This document shows, piece by piece, positions 60,042 through 64,000 of a stretch of 64,000 nucleotides of DNA (position 1 is its first letter; every line of letters begins with the position of its first letter). Under the pieces are notes generated by a model. It ran no database searches. It had not been told where the DNA came from and saw nothing but the letters and a program-made list of their open reading frames with translations. The position numbers and the translations under genes were made by a program. Source of the stretch: Patescibacteria group bacterium (lineage in GTDB: Bacteria; Patescibacteriota; Patescibacteriia; Patescibacteriales; UBA12465); contig JBAZJR010000005.1 in the NCBI GenBank assembly GCA_041651195.1, positions 33 through 64,032 on the forward strand, written 5' to 3'.

Positions 60042-61820
60042 CTACCACCGCAAAGCGCTCTTGGTTTTGAGATACCAATGGCTAATACTACTGAAACGAT
60101 CAGCCGGCTCGATGATCATCGTTCCAGAAAAACCCTTTAATTCCTGGCTCTGGACATAGGTATAGGTCGGAGAATATAGAAAAATTACTGGCAAATCAGT
60201 CGTAACGATCTCTTGGAATTTCTGATATTTGGCCGTCCGGTCTCCGACATTGGTCGTATTCCTAGCTTCAACTAATAATTTATCAACTTCTGAATTATTA
60301 TAGTTCGCTAGATTCAAGCCTTTACCACCGCTCTGGCTGGAATGCCAAAAGGCATAGACATCGGGGTCGCCGCCGACCGCCTCGCCATAGAGCAAGACTT
60401 CAAAATCGCGGTTTCTGATAATCTCTGCGGCTTGATCGCCAGAAATAGTCCGGATCGTTACCTTGACTCCAGCCGCCTCCCAATAAGCCTTGAGCTGATC
60501 CGCGACGATTATATTGTTGCCAGAATCAATGACCGTCAGGACTAGAGAGAGCGATTTAGCTTTGAATGTGGTCGCGGCTGCTATCGGGTCATAATCATAT
60601 TTAACAATCGCTTCGTTATAAGCAAAATTCTGGGGCAAAATCGGACCGTCGGCGCGCTGATAAGCGCCATTAAACACTCCAGCAATAAGCCGATCTTTAT
60701 CTAAGGCGCGCGCCAGAGCGACGCGAACCTCTTTATCACTCAAGGTCTTATTCTTTTCGCCATTCAAAAACAAAGAAACGATCCGCGCTTGCACTAATTC
60801 ATGCAGACGCAGAGAGTTTTTTGCTAACAGATCCTTACGCAAATCAAGGGGCAGATAATTCAGACCGATGACCTTATTATCATTCAGAGCCTTTATGGCC
60901 TCGGGATAATCAATAAAAAATTTAAAATCTAAAGTTTTTAAATAGGGAATCTGCCCGTAATAATCAGCATTCGCCGCCAAATAATAATCTTTTAAATCAC
61001 CGGCGGAATTTTTGACCAGGGATTTAAACTTAAAAGGCCCGGAACCGATCGGCTTAAGATTCAAATCAGAAAGCGTAGCTGCTTTCGGGCCGATATTCTC
61101 CCATAAACTCTTAGGCAGGATGCCGAAGGTCAGGAGTTCCAAAAAGGGCGCATAAGGATTAGCTAGCTTGAACTTGACGGTCGTCTCGTCGATCTTCTCC
61201 GCGGTCACATTGGCGAGAGCTGGTCGGAGCGGAGAACGATAATTCTGATCTTGGATCAGGTTAAAAGTAAACATTATATCATCAGCAGCTAATATCCCGC
61301 CATTATGCCAGCGAACGCCGCTTTTGATCTTAATGATATATTCAAGATGATCAGGGCTGATTGCCACGTCTGCCGCCAAATCCGGCTGCAGGCGTCCATC
61401 TTGATCATATTGGAATAAGCTAGAATAGATTAAACGACTCAAGTCGCCATCAATATCACGATTAACGGCATAGAGCGGATTAATTGTTTGCGGGAAGCCC
61501 ACGACAGCTTCGCTATATTCTCCGCCGGCGACCGGCGCCTGCTGCAAATGGCTTTTGACGAAAACCACGCCTAAATAGGCCAAATTTACCAGGATCACCA
61601 GCAGACAAAGCTTAATAACTAGAAATTCCCGCGGATTCAAAAATTTATTGACATGCTTCAACTGCCGCCCGGTCGGGATTTTACGGGAAGAAAGATTATA
61701 AACTAATTTTTTATCCAAATCGTCCGGCTTAACGGCGGCTGTTTTAGATAAGCCAAAAAAGGGCCAAACCGCTTTTACCCGTTGCCAAACTAACTTAATT
61801 TTAGTTCTAAATGGATCCAC
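60042..61820 (-). CDS. membrane-anchored family 5 (peptide/nickel-type) solute-binding protein
   Basis: GTG start, one TM segment (..LVILVNLAYLGVVFV..), then an SBP_bac_5-like body (..LFQYDQDGRLQPDLA.., ..GSGPFKF..). Confidence 0.7.
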   Translation of the reverse strand: MDPFRTKIKLVWQRVKAVWPFFGLSKTAAVKPDDLDKKLVYNLSSRKIPTGRQLKHVNKFLNPREFLVIKLCLLVILVNLAYLGVVFVKSHLQQAPVAGGEYSEAVVGFPQTINPLYAVNRDIDGDLSRLIYSSLFQYDQDGRLQPDLAADVAISPDHLEYIIKIKSGVRWHNGGILAADDIMFTFNLIQDQNYRSPLRPALANVTAEKIDETTVKFKLANPYAPFLELLTFGILPKSLWENIGPKAATLSDLNLKPIGSGPFKFKSLVKNSAGDLKDYYLAANADYYGQIPYLKTLDFKFFIDYPEAIKALNDNKVIGLNYLPLDLRKDLLAKNSLRLHELVQARIVSLFLNGEKNKTLSDKEVRVALARALDKDRLIAGVFNGAYQRADGPILPQNFAYNEAIVKYDYDPIAAATTFKAKSLSLVLTVIDSGNNIIVADQLKAYWEAAGVKVTIRTISGDQAAEIIRNRDFEVLLYGEAVGGDPDVYAFWHSSQSGGKGLNLANYNNSEVDKLLVEARNTTNVGDRTAKYQKFQEIVTTDLPVIFLYSPTYTYVQSQELKGFSGTMIIEPADRFSSISHWYLKTKSALRW

Positions 61821-61864
61821 AAAAATCTTAAATTTCTAGCCAGACAACTCTGAGCCCCCCCCCT

Positions 61865-62086
61865 CTAAGCTTTAACAAAGAAGACGCTCAAAGATAAGAG
61901 TATGAAAACCACGGCTAAAGCTATGGTCGCAATAAAAAGTTTTTTTTCTAAGCCGCGCTTAGTGAGGTAAACGCCGCCAGTGCCGCCAAAAGCGCTACCG
62001 AGTCCGGCGCCGCGATTTTGCATCAGGATAGCCGCCATCAAGAGAACGGCGACGACGACTTGCGCGATTTTAATTTCAAACATCAT
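61865..62086 (-). CDS. secG: preprotein translocase subunit SecG
   Basis: 73 aa, two TM segments flanking MQNRGAGLGSAFGGTGG. Confidence 0.8.
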   Translation of the reverse strand: MMFEIKIAQVVVAVLLMAAILMQNRGAGLGSAFGGTGGVYLTKRGLEKKLFIATIALAVVFILLSLSVFFVKA

Positions 62087-62090
62087 ATTA

Positions 62091-62438
62091 TTATTTGGAA
62101 ACCTGGGAAATCAAGGCTGCTAAAACCTCCTTATCATTCACGGCCAGATCGGCCAAAATCTTACGATCGACAGCAATCTTATTTGCCTTCAGCAGGCCGA
62201 TAAAGCGAGAGTATGACAAATCATACGCGCGGACAAAGGCGCTAATCTTAATCTGCCACAAGCCGCGCATCGTTCTTTTCTTTTTACGACGGTCGACATA
62301 AGCATGAGCGCCGGCTTTAGTCCGGGCGGTTTTGGCTAATTTTATCAATTTTTTTCGTCCCCATTTATAGCCTTTGACATCTTTCAAAAGTTTCCGTCTC
62401 TTCTTGACATGGGACATTCCGCGTTTTACTCTGGGCAT
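62091..62438 (-). CDS. rplT: 50S ribosomal protein L20
   Basis: MPRVKRGMSHVKKRRKLLKDVKGY.G.. and ..DRRKKKR..R.LW..I.A. pattern. Confidence 0.9.
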   Translation of the reverse strand: MPRVKRGMSHVKKRRKLLKDVKGYKWGRKKLIKLAKTARTKAGAHAYVDRRKKKRTMRGLWQIKISAFVRAYDLSYSRFIGLLKANKIAVDRKILADLAVNDKEVLAALISQVSK

Positions 62439-62466
62439 ATTGGCAATTACTAATTACAAAGATTCT

Positions 62467-62664
62467 CTAATTATAAGGAGTTAGCTGTTTGATGGTTTTC
62501 TCGATAGTTTTATGGACCGCGATATCTAATCGCTTCTGACGGGTCGTATTCCCGGATTCCCGGGAATTGAAATGATCCTGGCCAGCCTTGCGTTGCGTTA
62601 ATTTATTAGTGGCCGTTCTCTTAAAGCGTTTAGCGGTGGCCCGGTGGGTCTTAATTTTTGGCAT
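62467..62664 (-). CDS. rpmI: 50S ribosomal protein L35
   Basis: MPKIKTHRATAKRFKRT.. Confidence 0.9.
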   Translation of the reverse strand: MPKIKTHRATAKRFKRTATNKLTQRKAGQDHFNSRESGNTTRQKRLDIAVHKTIEKTIKQLTPYN

Positions 62665-62714
62665 ATATTATTGGCGGATTAAAAAAACAGGCAGAATACC
62701 TGATTTAACGGTTA

Positions 62715-63269
62715 TTACTTTCTATTTATCAATATAATAGTAAATCTTCCGCCTTGATTTGTCAAGGGTTGCTCCGTCTCAATATTTAAACCAGGATTAG
62801 ATTTTAGCTTAGTCGTAAAATTATTAACTATTTCTACGGCTTTTTGCGGATGTTGCCTCTCTCGGCCACGCAAAATAAGCTCGACCTTGATCTTATTATC
62901 TTTAGATAAAAATTTCTCGGCTTGAGCTACCCGCAAGCCCAGGTCATGATCGCTAATCCGAAAAGATAGGCGGATATTCTTAGTTTCGGTCTTTTTCTGC
63001 TGCATCTTCTGACGATGTGCCTGCTTCTCTCGTTCATATTTAAGCTGACCAAGATTCACGATTTTCACGACTGGCGGTTCAGCTTTGGGGTTTACTTCTA
63101 CTAAGTCTAAGCCTGCTTCTTCCGCCATCCGAACGGCCTCGGTGGTCGCGATCTTGCCGATCGGATCATTATTCTCATCAATCAAAAAAACTTCTAAAGC
63201 CTTGATTTGGGTGTTGGCCTTAAAGATCGGCGCCTCCTTTCGCTCTACTCTGTGAAATTTAATACGCAT
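62715..63269 (-). CDS. infC: translation initiation factor IF-3
   Basis: ..IKALEVFLIDENNDPIGKIATTEAVRMAEEAGLDLVEV..PPVVKIVNLGQLKYE.. It heads the infC-rpmI-rplT operon. Here it starts on ATG. Confidence 0.9.
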   Translation of the reverse strand: MRIKFHRVERKEAPIFKANTQIKALEVFLIDENNDPIGKIATTEAVRMAEEAGLDLVEVNPKAEPPVVKIVNLGQLKYEREKQAHRQKMQQKKTETKNIRLSFRISDHDLGLRVAQAEKFLSKDNKIKVELILRGRERQHPQKAVEIVNNFTTKLKSNPGLNIETEQPLTNQGGRFTIILINRK

Positions 63270-63639
63270 GGGTTTATATCCAACTTCTAATAACCTGAAT
63301 TAATTAATAACTAATTATATTTATAGCTTAAAAATAGCTAAAAGTCAAACTAAAATTTAGCGCCAAATCTATATAAATTGCCCCTCTTGACAGCCATATC
63401 CAATTAGTATAAAATAAGGTTATTAAAAATAAAACAGAATATATAGGGAAAAACAAGATATGTTTTATATCTTTGTTTTTTTCTGTCTGTTTCCGTCCCT
63501 TAAAAAATTCATATAGCACAATCATGGTGATGGTTTAATTTTGATGCTAATTGGCATCAATTCGGTAAACAAAAATTTTGTCCGTTTTTCAAAACGGAAT
63601 CATATACGAAAACGCAAGTTTTCAACAGAGTCAATCAAA

Positions 63640-64000
<361 letters not shown>

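Noticed and set aside
63328-63525. 65-aa - strand ORF in the spacer upstream of the 16S rRNA
   Set aside because: The region is extremely AT-rich and promoter-like. The translation is Phe/Ile/Leu/Tyr/Lys-rich as expected from composition. No start context.

Overview
The window looks like a chromosomal segment of a small-genome, Patescibacteria/CPR-type bacterium. The evidence is a partial 16S rRNA at the right edge reading ..CCTACGGGAGGCTGCAGTCAAGAATCTTCC.., tightly packed short operons, and start codons that mostly lack a Shine-Dalgarno motif. This taxonomic call is an inference from reading the sequence, not a search result.

Backbone genes:
- Translation and RNA: rpsF-ssb-rpsR, efp, an RluB-like pseudouridine synthase, rplS, RNase J, infC-rpmI-rplT.
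- Chromosome and housekeeping: smc, comM/yifB, lspA, tsaE, lgt, ppsA, trxB, secG, bactofilin.
- Several envelope/glycosylation genes and 10 tRNAs.

Accessory content, most interesting first:
1. A ~15.5 kb low-GC island sits directly 3' of tRNA-Ser(CGA), at about 5.8-21.3 kb. It carries:
   - a complete type I R-M operon led by a 59-aa excisionase-family HTH gene that is missing from the ORF track;
   - a COG3586-like nuclease-fold protein and a large serine recombinase;
   - an orphan phage packaging module (TerS-like, TerL, ParB-methylase) with no virion genes;
   - an uncharacterised cassette of an Mrr-like nuclease plus a 900-aa protein (unknown N-terminal half, SF1 helicase C-terminal half). 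This is my best candidate for an undescribed defence or mobile-element system.
2. Six tandem paralogous VirB2/TrbC-like (T4SS-pilin-like) genes lie at 40.6-43.1 kb. They have a strong promoter, one of the few clear SDs I found, and a hairpin after gene 1. No secretion ATPase is in the window.
3. A candidate ~155-nt structured sRNA at 57.70-57.85 kb (- strand) has its own promoter and a terminator-like end.
4. The SMC has no hinge I could recognise and carries internal coiled-coil duplications.
5. Start codons sit 1-3 nt after tRNA 3' ends, and one CDS has its stop codon inside tRNA-Ser.
6. A duplicated tRNA-Asp 3' fragment brackets a ~100-bp GC-rich repeat-containing relic.

I saw no CRISPR array. 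All calls come from reading the translations and the sequence by eye. No database search was run.
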